Assembly: GCA_050575255.1 (NCBI GenBank)
Contig: JBNZDD010013705.1
Location: forward strand, 6,651,620 to 6,715,619
From: Harriotta raleighana
Taxonomy: Eukaryota
Length of the DNA stretch: 64,000 nucleotides
Reading direction: 5' to 3'
The notes under the pieces are model-generated. The model saw nothing but the letters and a program-made list of their open reading frames with translations. It did no database searches and had not been told where the DNA came from. Shown here one piece after another: positions 13,923 to 27,257 of this stretch (position 1 is its first letter; each line of letters opens with the position of its first letter). Both the position numbers and the translations under genes were made by a program.

Positions 13923-15199
13923 GTGATCTGATGATACATAACAAAGAGGTTGGACCCTGGATGGCCTGACCCATCAAAACTCTGCTTGTTTCTCAGGTAC
14001 AAGAGTTCCTGGATCATCACTTTCTACAGATGGTTAAGAAGAAACCAGATTAACTGAATGAAACATTCAAACACAAGTATTCTGCTAAGCAGCATCCAGT
14101 GCTGTGAGCTAGAGGTCCAATATGTGATCATTAATTTCATTGGTGTGTTAGTACAATGGTACTTAATTGATTATGCCAACCCCAAAATGTTCACACCCAG
14201 TGTCTTAAAGGCTTTATCTGCAGGATCAGGAGGAGAAGTTTACATGCACTAAATCAAAGCAATTATGGTGAGGTAGTCTAGAGAGACAGTGTTCAAATAG
14301 TCATCTGCTTTAGAATCTCCCGAAATTGGCAAACATAGTAATCCAGACTATATCACTTGCAGTCCCAGATCCGCAAAGGAAATATTACCAGAATCAAATG
14401 GCTTCCAAACCCCGCTGGACGACGGTTGGATTGTGCCCAATTGAATGTGCAGATGTTTCACTGTAACCAAGGTCGATTCATCTACATTTTATCAGTCATA
14501 ACAAAAGAGACAATCTGTAGTGCCCTAAAGTAAAGAAAACTTTTCATCTCTGTAGCCAGTAGTGAGGCATTGAGACTGTTGCTTATCTCAGCATTCTTGT
14601 GGTTTTAAGGCAGCTAAATTAATTGCTTAGAAACTTCGCCAAACTACTGACAGGCAGAGCATGCAGGACCCTGGAAATAGCAGGGAGGATTTATAATAAC
14701 TTATTGCCCACAAAATATACAGATAATTTATTTTTTAGTGTATTCTGTAAAATGCTTTGAGATGTCTCAACAATCTGATAAGGAAGTACCTGTACATCAA
14801 ATGCTAGGAGTATTAAAATGTCAAAGAAGTATCATCACATTCTGGGGATTTAAAGAAGAGATTTAAAATATTGCAGAATGGAAAAGATTTGTGTTTATGG
14901 ATGTGCGTGGCTCTATAAGACTGGAATTAGAACTGGAATTAGGGGAATTGTAACCTCGATTGCCCTCTGGAGTATTTAGGTAGAAGAGTAATCTGGTACT
15001 GTATTAACTTAACTTTGTTTCTGTGTTTGTATCTTTGGGGTAGAGTTTGCAGTGTTCCTTAACCATTTTCTTGTACTAATTAACACCACCTGCAATACAA
15101 GATCCAAGAATTATTGACATCCCAAATGTAAGTGAACACTTGGGAGTAAATTAGTAGGAGTGGAGTGTCAGCAGCTGCTCCAACAATCTTTTGTTAATG

Positions 15200-15847
15200 C
15201 TGCTCCTCAACCCCCATGCCGCAGAAACCCTCATTCACGCCTTTATCACTTCCAGGCTTGACTACAGGAACTCTTTCCTCGTCGGCCTTCCCAACTCCTC
15301 CCTTCATAGGCTGCAGATCATTCAGAATTCTGCAGCTCGTGTAGTCTCCCGCATCAGGCTTCATGACCACATCACTCCCATCCTCGCCCGTCTCCACTGG
15401 TTCCCCATTCCCCAGAAGATCCAATTCAAGATCCTTGTCCTCACTTTCAAGATCACTCAAGGCCTTGCCCCGCTTATCTCTCTGACCTGCTGACTCCCTA
15501 TCAGCCTGCCCTCACCCTCCATTCCGCAGAATCAGGCCTGCTCTGCATCCACCGCCCTAACCCCCCAACCATCGGTGGCCAGGCTTTCAGCCTCTCTGCC
15601 CCGACACTATGGAGCTCCATTCCACAGTCCCTCTGCCTTGGTTCCTCCATTTCCTCCTTCAAGGCTGGTCTCAAGACCTTCTTCTTCGGCTCCCCCCCTA
15701 ACTCTTCCCCCTCTCCCACTCTCCTTTCCCCTCCCCCTACCCCCGATCCTCCCTCCTGCTCAGGTCCCGACCTGACTGTTCAGAGTTTTAGGACATCCTC
15801 CCGACGTGAAAGGCGCTATACAAGTGTAATTTTGTTGTTGTTGTTGC
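15200..15847 (+). mobile_element. L2 LINE 3' fragment
   Basis: Encodes AAETLIHAFITSRLDYRNS..GLP..LHRLQIIQNSAARV..HITPILARLHWFPI. Ends in a (TTG)n tail. Confidence 0.95.
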
Positions 15848-17464
15848 TCCTGGCATTTTGACTTCTCTAAAAGCAGTGATGAAATCCACAATGACAAGGG
15901 GGCGAAGAAGAGCTGCTTGAGGCTGGTGATGCTTTGTTCGAAGGATATTAAGAAGCAACATTAGGTGTATCCTGCTGCTCAGAAGGCTTGTTGTAAAGGG
16001 GGCTACTAGTGACAAGTTAGGAGATTGCAACTGTGATTTTAACAATAGGATAAATTTGAAGTATCCTCGGGTACACAAAATCCAACTGTTTGAAAAAAAG
16101 TGCTACTCTTGTAATCCAGAATTAATCTTCAGTACAGAACTAGAGCTGCTGCAACTAGTTATTTCCCACTAAAATGAATGACTCTCTATATTGTTCTTTT
16201 CATGTAATATAGTGAAAATATGAAATTTCATAACAGGTGAATATAATATCACATTGAATCNTGTTCGGCGCGGAGTTGTTGTTGTTGTCAATCTCTGCCA
16301 CAAATGGTGGCAATCCACTGAAAATACCCACTGATGTATGTGAGAACAGAAAACTGGGCATTTGCGNCGTAGACCTAGCACTTTTGATCTTCACACCTTC
16401 AGTAACTGGAAGGCTTGCCTGTTCTGCAGGCAGGATAATTTTGAGTCATTGACAAGATTGATTGCAGTGAACAACAATTCTAGAAGGTGGGGGTGAAGGA
16501 GAAGAAGTGATCTGGGAGCACACAAAGGGACATTTTTAAGGGCAACACATTCTGTCTTTAGTTGCAGTGTCCCCATCAGTCTGAATTTCACTTGCCTTCT
16601 CTTGAAAAGGCTCACTATAAAATGAATCAGGAAAGGAGGTATTTGACATTATGTTGCACCACAATAACCATCAGCAGCAGATTAGTCACCAGGGAGACGA
16701 GCAATAGCGAATCTCATTGTTGAGTTGTTTCAGGGCAGCACTATTTAAAATCCTCTTACATACTGAAACTAAGATGTTATTTACCATTTCTCTTCTCCTT
16801 TGATGTTGTACAATTGACCACTTTTTCAAGGCAAAATAAAAGAATGCAGCTCTGTAAGTTTTTAGTCCAAAGTAAATCAATGCATGTACATTCTCACTAT
16901 TGGTGCTGAGCATGGTTGATGCAGTGTTCCTCTCTGCTTTCCTCTGTGCGTCATAAGGTGTTAAAATAGGATGGAGCCAGTAAAGCCAAAGCAATACTTC
17001 CAGATACACCAACACAGGAGAAGAATCAGATGTTCAAGATTGTGAAAGGTAAGGTTTACAGAGGACAGCAATTTTTTTTAAAACAAAGGATAATTAATAG
17101 CCGAAAAACATTACCGGGAAGAGTTTCTCAGGTTAAGATAAAGGACTTAATTAAAAATAACTTGATGCTATAATGGAAAGACAAAATTGTCAGTATTCTC
17201 AAAAGCTGAGATAAATTTGCTCGAGGGCCTTCTCCATCCGAACGTCTGCTGCAATCTTATAATCATGATCTTTTTCTTGGTTATGCTGTACTTGATTTAT
17301 CTAATATTGTTATCCACAATACTGGTGTATAACATGGCATGTTGGGAACACAGATGGTTCATACATTGAATTAAAACAATTGCTTTGAACCTGCATCAGT
17401 GTCAGGGGTATCTCAAGTTATTAACTTAGTATGGCATGAGTCCCAACCAGCTGTATTTGAGCTT

Positions 17465-17748
17465 GACTTGCCTTCGCTCCTCCGATTCTAGTTTCCTCCT
17501 TGTGCCCCGAATCCTCCACTCCACTATCGGCAGTTGTGCCTTCAGCCACTATGCCCCGAAGCTCTGGAACTCCCTTCCTCACTCCCTTCGCCTCGTCCCC
17601 GCTCTTCCTAGTTTCAGGTCTCAGCTGAAGATCTTTCTGTTCGAATGCACCTTCAGTCACCTTTTTCACCCTCCCCCTAATTCGGGCTCGGGATCTGTTA
17701 TTGTGAAGTGCTCTGAAACGCTGTTCGGCGCGGAGTTGTTGTTGTTGT
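17465..17748 (+). mobile_element. L2 LINE 3' fragment, second subfamily
   Basis: Encodes IGSCAFSHYAPKLWNSLPHSL..FRSQLKIFLF. Tail GAAACGCTGTTCGGCGCGGAG(TTG)n. Confidence 0.85.
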
Positions 17749-18777
17749 CAATCTCTGCCACAAATGGTGGCAATCCACTGAAAATACCCACTGATGTATG
17801 TGAGAACAGAAAACTGGGCATTTGCGAGATTTGAGAAGCACACTATCAAGGGTGACTGTACCCTTTCTCCAAGAGAATTTATGCATCTTGAGGTAATTGT
17901 TACCAATCCATCCATTGTAGCACTGACTGCATTTATTTACTGTATCATGGCCTAATGACTGATCAACACTGTATATGCCACTGGTGTTGACAGGTTTCTG
18001 ACAATATATCACAGTGAAGTGAACTATTGCTTTATTTTAAAAGTCCTTTCAGAATCGGCATCATGTATTTCAGATGTGGTCACCCTAACAGTAGCCAAAC
18101 CATTTTCTAATATCACATTAACACCTGCCAAACACATGATCAGTAAGTGAGACAGCGTACTTTGAGAAAACCTTACTGGGGTACATTAATTTGTCCAACG
18201 TTCATTATACTTTGCATTTTTGATCAAACCAATTTCTTAAAAAATCTGCAAACCAAAGTGTACAAGTTTCTGCTTGGATACTTCAAAAGTCAGAAAGAAA
18301 ATAATTGAAGAAGTCTCCTCATTGACTAAAACTTTGGAGTTGAAATGATTGACATTTCACTTCCATTATTCAGTCTGGAGGAATACTGGCCACTCTTGCA
18401 ATGTTGCTACATTTGAAGTAATCATTGAACCATATTCTGTAAGATAAGCAATTTCTAGCCCCTGTATCCCCTGGATGTCTGTATCTCCAACAGTAAAATA
18501 ATGCATTGGAGTGCCCATTTGTTATGTGGCAGAATGGAGACCAATATAGACTAGCAGACAGACGACCTTACTAGGGATAGTTATTAAGAAGATGCCAGCA
18601 AAAGGAATATCACAGAATGAGAATGTTTTAAATAAATGAAACAAACTCTTTTAAAAGTGTGAGAAGGATGAGCACGTCACAGTACAAAGCTTGGAAGAAC
18701 AAAATGTAGAAAAGCAGTAAATATCAAGGAAAGCATGGATATGTATTGTTATGGATGCATTTTTCTGATACATGTGG

Positions 18778-19050
18778 AAGAGAGACGGAAAGCCCACCTG
18801 CCAATGGTAGGGCGGGTTGGGTGGGAGACATGGAGCAGGCCGGAGCATGCTGAATGGAGGGAGTGGTACAGGTTTTTAGGAGGTCAGAGAGGTAGGAGCG
18901 AGCAAGGCTGTAGAGGGCCTTGAAAGCGAGGATCAGGATGTTTAATTTAATCGTCTGAGGAATGGGAGCAAATGGAGCCGGGCGAGGGTGGGTGCCATGG
19001 GGTCGTGAAGCCTGGTGCAGGGGAGGACATGACTTGCAGAGTTTTAGGTT
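18778..19050 (-). mobile_element. L2 LINE fragment
   Basis: Minus-strand translation IKLNILILAFKALYSLARSYLSDLL, an L2 C-terminal motif. Confidence 0.75.
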
Positions 19051-22000
19051 CATTTATTTAACAGTTGTGACTTATCATAATAGATGTGTGGTACTTAAGC
19101 GATTGGAATCAAACTAGAAAATGTAAAATTGCTGCAAAGCGCAAGAAGATACCAGTGGAAAGATAGGAAGAGACCAATGGTATGTTTGATGAGAGACAGC
19201 AATGAGAACTAGAAGTAGGTCTCCAGAGGCTCAGTTGATAGACCTGCTTATTTTAATTGAAGAAGCAAAAATAATGCAGCATTGACATATTCCTGGTGTC
19301 ATTAATGTGCCTAGAATATGTATGGCAATTTATCGTGTTGTACCTTTATTGACACCAGCTTTCCCTACTATTTCAAACACCTCTAATCCTATCCCTGCCT
19401 CTTCCCCACATAACATTTCACTTTGAAATTGCAGGGTGTGAAGTCATAATTATGATTATCATTGGTGAAGCATTGCCCTCCTGGCTAGGATACCAACGCT
19501 TCTCTAATTGATCAGTATATTTAAATATTTATTTGGTTGGAAATTCCATGCAATTCTTATTAAAATAACCCCAAATAAATTAACTTTTATAGAATTGGGG
19601 GAAAAAAATACACAATCAGTAGATTCAAAAATTATTATTTTATTATTATTAGTTTGGAAATATTCCATTAATGTATACATAGTAATAATTCTTACATTTA
19701 GTACATCATCTTTCACATTGGGACGATGTCTCAAACCACAGGATTTACTGTAAACTGTGGTGATTATGTATTTTGCAGCAAATTGGCACACAATAATGTC
19801 CCACAAACAGACATGAAGTGAATGAAGAATTTTATTTGGGCAATTACTGGCCAGGACACTCAGAGAAACTTAATTCTCTTTTTCAGTAGAGTAGCCCACT
19901 TTTCAACTGACTATAATTTTATGCAGCGTTTGATCATTGTTTCTGGTAGAAATTGGCATTGCTGGGTCAGGTGCAGAGTTTTCATTTCCTGTCCTTATAA
20001 ATGAGCACACACTCTCAGCTACCAGCAGTAAATATTTAATTACATTTCATTCTATTGGTGTAAAACTGATTAATGATGGAATTAAGTGTGGAAAAAATAG
20101 GAATGAGCTGAGGATATTGCTGTTTAAAGAATTAGACATGTTGAGAATATAAAAATTTCTAAATTATTTGTTTTTTGTTATTTCATTGAATAGTTTCTGA
20201 ACAAATATTGTTGTTTTGCCTACTGAATGTCAGGTGCCATGGAAAAACTGATAACACGGCAGAAATTTATGCCTTCTCATATGCTAATTGATATATAATA
20301 AAATAAATATTTGATATAGTGCCTTATCACATCATTGAGACATCTTAACTTGCTTCACAGGATTTACTTTAAAGTACAGACCCATTGTGTAAGCAAACAC
20401 GATAGCCAATTTTAGGAACAGCAATGTCCTATAATTAGTCTTGAAGTGAATGATCAATTTTATTTGTGGAATTGTTGGCCAGGAAACCAAGTTATATCAG
20501 TCGATAATTGAGGGACATCAACTAGCTGTATTTTTATTGCTTTAATTATCACATCACACATTGCAATTTTTGTCTGGACATATTTTGCAATAAATTCTGC
20601 TAGTAAAACATTCTGAGTGTTTCTCAGGCACTGTGGGCAAACTCACAATGACACACACCTTATTTACTTGCATTCACGATAACCTTTCAAGAAAGGGTAA
20701 TACAGTATCTTCTAAAATTAGCTTATGATTTGAAAGGCAATCTCTCTATCTCTCCTATAACATCTTAAGTAGGTTCAATTTATTTTAGATTATTCTCATC
20801 TGGTTACCATTCCACTGTCATGAAACAGCTTTAATTTTTTATTTCTAAGAAGCAATGAGAAGAAAACGAAAAATCTCCAAGGTCACTGATCTGACAGTGC
20901 TGAGAGCTCTCCACATGTTTGGTTTCTGATAGCTGGTGTGAGGCACTCTTTCCTGACATAGCAGTCAGACTTCAGAATGTTTCCTGGTAATTTTGTTTAG
21001 ATTGTATATTTGTTTGTGAAGATTAAGGAGTGCCTCTGGTTTAAATCCGCTTCCCTCCTCCCCCTATTCTATTTCTGTGCTTCTTTTTCTGAGTAAAGAA
21101 TATACAATATTCAGTTTCGCCTACAATAATATACAGTCAATTCATTTTACAGTATAGACTGTGAAGCGTTTTGTGATGCCTCAAAGAGGAAATAAAGCAC
21201 TGTGTCTAATGCAAGGATTATTATATACATAATAAGCAAGTGATAAAGTTTGGTATTGAATTACAGTTTATCTACAGTACACAAATATCTGAAGAGCCGA
21301 TAAATACGCAGTCGCTAAACTACACAATTAAAGTTAATTTAGCTGCTTTGAGATAGCTTGACTCTGTGATTAGGCGCCATATCAAAGACAATAATTATTT
21401 CTGTAAAAGCCAAAGAATAAGAAGTATGATTCTGCAAGAAATAAGTGAAAAGATTATTATTATGAGCATCAGGACTCAAATTGAAAAATTAAAACTGTAC
21501 TGAATGTGTACAGGTACATGGATATTCAGGCACGTTGATAAGACACATTTTCCTCAAAGAATGCATGGTATTTTATAATGACATTTTTTATGCAATAACT
21601 TTAACCAGAAGCTAAATTTAGTAATAGCCTGTGGACAAAACATCATGATACGTCTCAAGGTCAATTTTGCAACCTTGTGCTGAAAGTTTTAAAATATTTT
21701 CACTCTGTCCCCAGCACAGAATACCTTCAGTGTGTGTGTGTATGTCTTGGTAGCCCTGGAGTTAGAAAAAAATCTCTCTTTTTCATTTAAGTAGCTATGC
21801 TTATAAATAAAATAATCCTTGCATTTGATATAGTACCTAATAAGGTTAAAACAGCTTCAGAGGCAATTGCTATCAAGTGCAATGACTCAATTTATAGAAA
21901 AACACAATCATCAATTTGATCACGGCTTTACAAACAGCCACAAGGTAAATAATCATTTATTGTTAGAATCTGAGGGATTCGCTCATTGTGACCGTTTCCC

Positions 22001-22553
22001 CCTGCTGCTGAGGCTTTGATGCAATGGTAGATTCTGAGTCAAAATCCTGAGTGACTTTTCTAAAATAAAGTTTTTTGGGGTCATTTTTTTAAAAAACAAT
22101 CTCTGCCATGTTGTTTAAGGGTGTACAGAAACAACTACAACTTGCATTTATACAGCTCCTCATGCAGGGTAGCATCCCAGAATGCTTAGTGGGCTACGTT
22201 GAAGAAGCGGGATCAGAAGCTTCATTGAGAAAATGCTGAGTGAATTTATCACTGGTCAACTTTTAATTACAAATTACGAAATATTTTTATAATTCATGCA
22301 ATTGCTACATTACGTATAGCTATGCCCCACACCCAGCTATAAATTGAAATGTTTTTGCTGCAGCAAAGGTTAAAGGGAAAATGAAATGGGGTCTTTCAAA
22401 ATTATGAATGGTCAAAAGAAAGAGAATATTTCAACTGATTGAGCTACATGAATTCAAGCATCATATTACAATAACTTTAACTCAATCTTGTCTATGGAGT
22501 GAAATTTTGTTGGTACTTTAATTTGGTGAGACAAATGCTCACAGTCTCTAGAC

Positions 22554-22847
22554 CAGTGTTTCCCAACCTCAAGTCCCGATCCAAATCAGAGTTGCGGAGG
22601 TCCTCAGTAGGGTTGCGAAGGGTCATCAGAATTTTTTTTTCTTTTTTAATGTTGAAAAGTGCCAAGGTGACACTGCCAACCAATTTGTATGAAAGACCAT
22701 ACTAGCGAGTTGCGCTGAGTCCACAAAAGAGATGGAGATATCATCTTGTCTGAGCTTTGCTTCAGTTGTGCAGTCGCCCCCTAAGGGTCGGGAGGTTCTG
22801 TTGATGGCCAATTTAGAGTCGCAGCAAAAAAAGATTGGGAACCACTG
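22554..22847. mobile_element. hAT (Charlie-like) MITE
   Basis: TIRs CAGTGTTTCCCAACCT and AGATTGGGAACCACTG. 8-bp TSD CTCTAGAC (22546-22553) and CTCTTGAC (22848-22855). Confidence 0.9.
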
Positions 22848-24449
22848 CTCTTGACTGATAGTCCAATGTAATATGGGAGAGCTCCACATTGTCGTGGTGC
22901 CATAGATCAAATGAAACATTGAACTAAAACCTCACCTGCCTGTTCTCCAGCAGAGCTTAATGTTCCCATTACTCTATTAAGCAAGTCACAGAAGGTTCCT
23001 CTGTGTTTCTTCTGTAATCCTGACCAACAATCTTCCATGTTAATTTATCTTTGATTACATTCCTGTTGTGAGAATGGCATATATAGTAATAATGGTAGAA
23101 TTGGTAATCCTTGCGATTTGATGGTGCCTCATGTTCTTGAAAAGTGTTGAAGCACCTTACAGAGTGTTCTGTAAAGTGCAGTGACTACTTACTTGTAGGA
23201 AAAAATGGGAAACAATTTGTCTACAGCCAAACAGTCGTAACAGTCATAAGTAATATTATCCTTGTAATGGGTATAGCACCTTTCACATCTGGAGGTTGTA
23301 CAATATAATACAAATATAAAATTACATTTGTAAAGTGCCTTTTATACAGGATGACCAAAGTCTAAACAGTCAGGGATTAGGACTCGAGCAAGAAATGTGG
23401 GGTGAGGAGATTAGGGAGAGTGGGGGGCAGAGAGGCTAGGTGGATAGCCAATGGCACAGTCGAAGAGGTGCCTTTAGAGTGATATAAACACTGTGATCTA
23501 CTACAGCATGTCACAGGATTTACTATAAAATGTATTTTGGAGGCAAATGTGGCCAGCAATTTGTGCACAGCAGTAACCAGCCCCATAAACAGCCATGTGG
23601 TGAATGATCCAGTTTTTTTATTCTGAGGGATTGTTGCCGAGCTTTTCAGAATAAATTTCCTTCTATTTCTGAATAGTGTTAAGGATCTTTAGTATCCACC
23701 TGGTTGCATGAATTGGTTGTGAAGTGCTTTGAGATGTTTCAAAGTGATAATACACTAAAAATCTACATCTTCTTTCTTACAGCAAACTGCAGGTGCCGCA
23801 GATATATTTCATATGTTAGATCTGGCAGATCCTTCAGGGCAAATGCAAACTGCTCTGAATGATTTTTGGGTGAGGATTAGTTTTACAAGTAGTTAGTAAG
23901 TCATTTACATACCCAGGATAATTTGCTAGGTATATGACCTTCTGAATAGAATCTGCCAGCTACGTGATTTTAATATTCCCTTCCTGCTTTTATCTGACAT
24001 TATTTTCCTTGCAATAAAATGATAAGTGAGTCATGGAGACAGAAAGAGACCCAATGGACTACAGAAAAAAAATGTAAATGAACTAAAAACTAAAGGCTTG
24101 ACATAGTAACTTTGTGATGCATTAAATAAGAACATAGATGATGTCGATGTAAGATGGTTTATGATTTAGATAGTGTAAGCAGAACTGGAGGGCAAAGGTT
24201 TACTATAAAATATCTCATGCAAGAAGGACTAGAGAATTTTCCCAAGGAAGGATGGGAAATAACACACAACAAAAGTATATGATGTGCAATAATGCATTCC
24301 CTCACAAAGAACTGAATAAGTATCTGCTCTTAGAATAGTATTGTAGGATGTAGGGTAGAGACTTAGATGAACAAATTTGTCTACAGCAGAGTACGGATAT
24401 CTGTGCTGCTCTGTCTGGTGTTTTGGGCAGAGGAGAGTGGGCTGGAAAG

Positions 24450-24705
24450 GACAACAACAACTTATGCAACTATCCCCTAATGCAAGGGAGCGTCCCAGAG
24501 AGCTTGACAGTGGAGGAGCGCCGAGCTGAAAGGAGGGGGAGGTGACAATAGGCATGGCTGAAGAGGAAGTTCTTTCGGGGCGACCTGAATATGGGGGAGG
24601 AACGGGCAAGAAGGAGTGATAGAGGACAAATGTTCTAGATTTTCGGAGCATAGAGGCTGAAAGCGCGGCCACCAATAGTGGAATGAAGGCCACGAAGGAC
24701 ATGTA
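24450..24705 (-). mobile_element. Old L2 3' fragment
   Basis: (CAA)n tail at the left and GAGGCTGAAAGCGCGGCCACCAAT, the reverse complement of the GGRAFS-encoding motif. Confidence 0.65.
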
Positions 24706-24714
24706 GAAGGATCT

Positions 24715-25105
24715 CTCCCTCCATGACTCTTCCATCACTATTAACACATGTTCTCCTTCCCCCAGCACCTTCCCATCCCAGAGCAGGAAATGCAACATCT
24801 GCTCATACATCACCGTCTAGGTCACCAAACATTGCTATTGGGTAAAACAGCAAATTGCATGTTCATCCTCCAACGTAGTGTACTATATTCATTGCTTACA
24901 ATGTAGTCTCCTCTACATTGGGAAGACTAAATGCAGATTGGATGATTGCTTTGCTGAACACTTCTGTTCTGTCCCCAAGTGCAAGCCTGAGCCTAAATGT
25001 TAACTCACTTTCATTTTGTCATATATGCTGCCAAACTTCCTGACTAGCCCTGGAAACTTCTGTGTTTATTTCAGATTTCCAGCAGCTGCCGGATTTTGCC
25101 TTTTA
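24715..25105 (+). mobile_element. Penelope-like element: GIY-YIG endonuclease remnant plus 3' terminal region
   Basis: From 24863 it reads SSSNVVYYIHCLQCSLLYIGKTKCRLDDCFAEHFCSV (GIY-YIG, NVVY...LYIG). It is preceded by the Cys-containing PSTFPSQSRKCNIC and followed by a terminal sequence ending TTCAGATTTCCAGCAGCTGC. Confidence 0.85.
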
Positions 25106-25173
25106 GTTCACACAATTATTGTGCAGCTGATATTCCATTTGCTCCATTTGATTTAAGCTAATTTGGAGAATAC

Positions 25174-25371
25174 TGAATACTGTCTATATAAATAATGTAG
25201 AATTCCTTAGTAGAATTATTTTCTACTTAAGGAAGCAGAAAGGCTCAATTTTGTTTCTTTATTCTCTCAACTAAAACTATAAACTGATTTTTTGGGGGGT
25301 CATCTTGGAGTTGCTTAGACTCAAAGATTGGATCCAACAAATGTTAAGTATATAACTGACATCAACTGGAA
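25174..25371 (+). repeat. ~200-bp direct repeat, copy 1 (copy 2 at 26849-27049)
   Basis: Near-identical sequence TGAATACTGTCT...CATCAACTGGAA with small indels. Confidence 0.9.
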
Positions 25372-25674
25372 CAGAGGCAACACTTATATTCTTTTCTTTT
25401 CTGTATTTTCTTTCAACGAATAATGTAGGCAAAATGCCACTGAATCCTATGCTTTTACAATGGTGTCCTCATTCGAAAAAAGGAGATCATTTATGCTTTG
25501 CTAGATGATCCATCAAAACAGTTCCCTCTGGCATCAAAAACCATGGGTCAACAGATTACAGTTTGCCGGATGCACAGAACCACTCATTTGTATTTCGCTT
25601 TTTGGTTAGTAATTCATTTCTATTGCATCTCACATCACTTAATAAAAACTACAATAGAGCTACAATTGACTCTT

Positions 25675-26085
25675 TATCAGTTTGGCTCAATTCATAAAAC
25701 TTTCACCTCTGGGTCACACAATTGTGGCTTTGAGTCTAGGCTAAACCTGCATTCAAATGCTGGAGGGAAGCTGCATTGTTGTAGGTGACAAATTACAAAA
25801 GAGACAATAAACTAACTGCCTAATCAAATGAATGTGAAGGATCTGATGACATTAATTGAAAAGAGAAGGAAATTTCCCCTGATATCCTGCCCCCTAATCT
25901 TCCAGTTAATTTGGTGTTTCATCTCCTGGCATTTTGTGGGACACTACAGTTTCCAAATAGTTTTTTACGTTCATCTACAAATACACAGCCATTTCATTTA
26001 ACTGTACATAATATACCAGAAGCACTTTGAGCCATTTTAATGTGATAAGGTAATATGTTAAATGCACATATTATTTTTATTTTTG
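25675..26085 (+). mobile_element. Decayed Deu-domain-like SINE
   Basis: Head TTGGCTCAATT...CACCTCTGGGTCAC and tail GAAGCACTTTGAG...GATAAGG...AAATGCA. Similar to the 31.5 and 60.3 kb copies. Confidence 0.55.
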
Positions 26086-26848
26086 TATATGACCTATTTG
26101 GAACGTGTCCGGTCAGCAAAATGCAACTTCAACCACAACAAGTTGCATTTATACAACAACAACAAAATTATATTTGTATAGCACCCTTCAAGCAGGGTAG
26201 CAACTTGGAGTGTTACTTTAACCTAAGCAGGTATATCAATAACAACAGCTTGCATTTATATGCAGCCCACGCAGCACGCACATGCAGGGCAGCGTGCAAG
26301 ATGTATTCAGCATGCAAGATGCTTGATGTCTTCAGAGGCTTGAAATTCCCGATGAGCTCAAAATTGAAGAATACAAAATTTTAACAATTTTGAAATTCCA
26401 TAATTTGGAAGCCAGCTTTCCCCACAGTTCTTTGTGATTTCAAATTTTAAGAGAAATACTTGTGCTATTTGAACACTTGATCAAGTCCTTTGGCAGGACT
26501 CCATTTTGATGCAGTTCTGTTTTGCTTTCAAAATCTTTAGATTAAAAGTTGAGAATCTTTGGATTTTATTGACCAAAAAAAGGAAATGACCATTGTGTGT
26601 GCAAATAACCAGATCCTATTAAAAATGGGAATACTGATTGCACTCAGTCATATAACTGATTTTTTTTTTGAACAGGATTGTTTATATTTTTTTAACAATT
26701 TTATACCTGACGGCTTACCAATGGGGCAAGTTCAATCAATGTTCAAACAGAATGTTACATTCAACAAAGCAGCACTTTGACATATCTTACTTTAATGGAG
26801 TTAGAGAAATACCTAACCAAGAATCAAAACCATGTCCTGTACTAGGTG

Positions 26849-27049
26849 TGAATACTGTCTAAATAAATAATATAGAATTCCTTAGTAGAATTATTTTCTA
26901 CTTAAGGAAGCAGAAAGGCTCAATTTTGTTTCTTTATTTTCTCAACTAAAACTATAAGCCAATGAACTGATTTTTGGGGGGTCATCTTAGAGTTGCTTAG
27001 ACTCAAAGATTTGGGTCCAACAAATGTTAATAACTGACATCAACTGGAA
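26849..27049 (+). repeat. ~200-bp direct repeat, copy 2
   Basis: Matches 25174-25371. Confidence 0.9.
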
Positions 27050-27257
27050 TGGCTAATGTTTGATTTAAACAGGAAGAAAATTTGACAAACATATTTTTGA
27101 TAATTTAAAGACTTACATATGTTCAAAAGAAAATACTTGAATTGTTTATTAAATGTATTGCATTCTAAAAACATTCAGTTCAGGATATTTCATTGTGGAG
27201 AGTTTCCAAACGTGCTTGATTTAATGAAAACCCACTGTTTCATTGGGTTAACTTACA

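Noticed and set aside
14385-14465. Possible 70-nt minus-strand exon (TTACAG...GTAATA)
   Set aside because: Weak polypyrimidine tract, unrecognisable peptide and no supporting neighbouring exons.
15855-15925. AAA-ATPase-like C-terminal motif RPLVIVDFITAFREVK
   Set aside because: No Walker A/B, SRH or GxSGADL motif found upstream, so no family call is supportable.
16261-16368. Exact copy of 17722-17827
   Set aside because: Bounded by N on both sides, consistent with a misplaced contig fragment.
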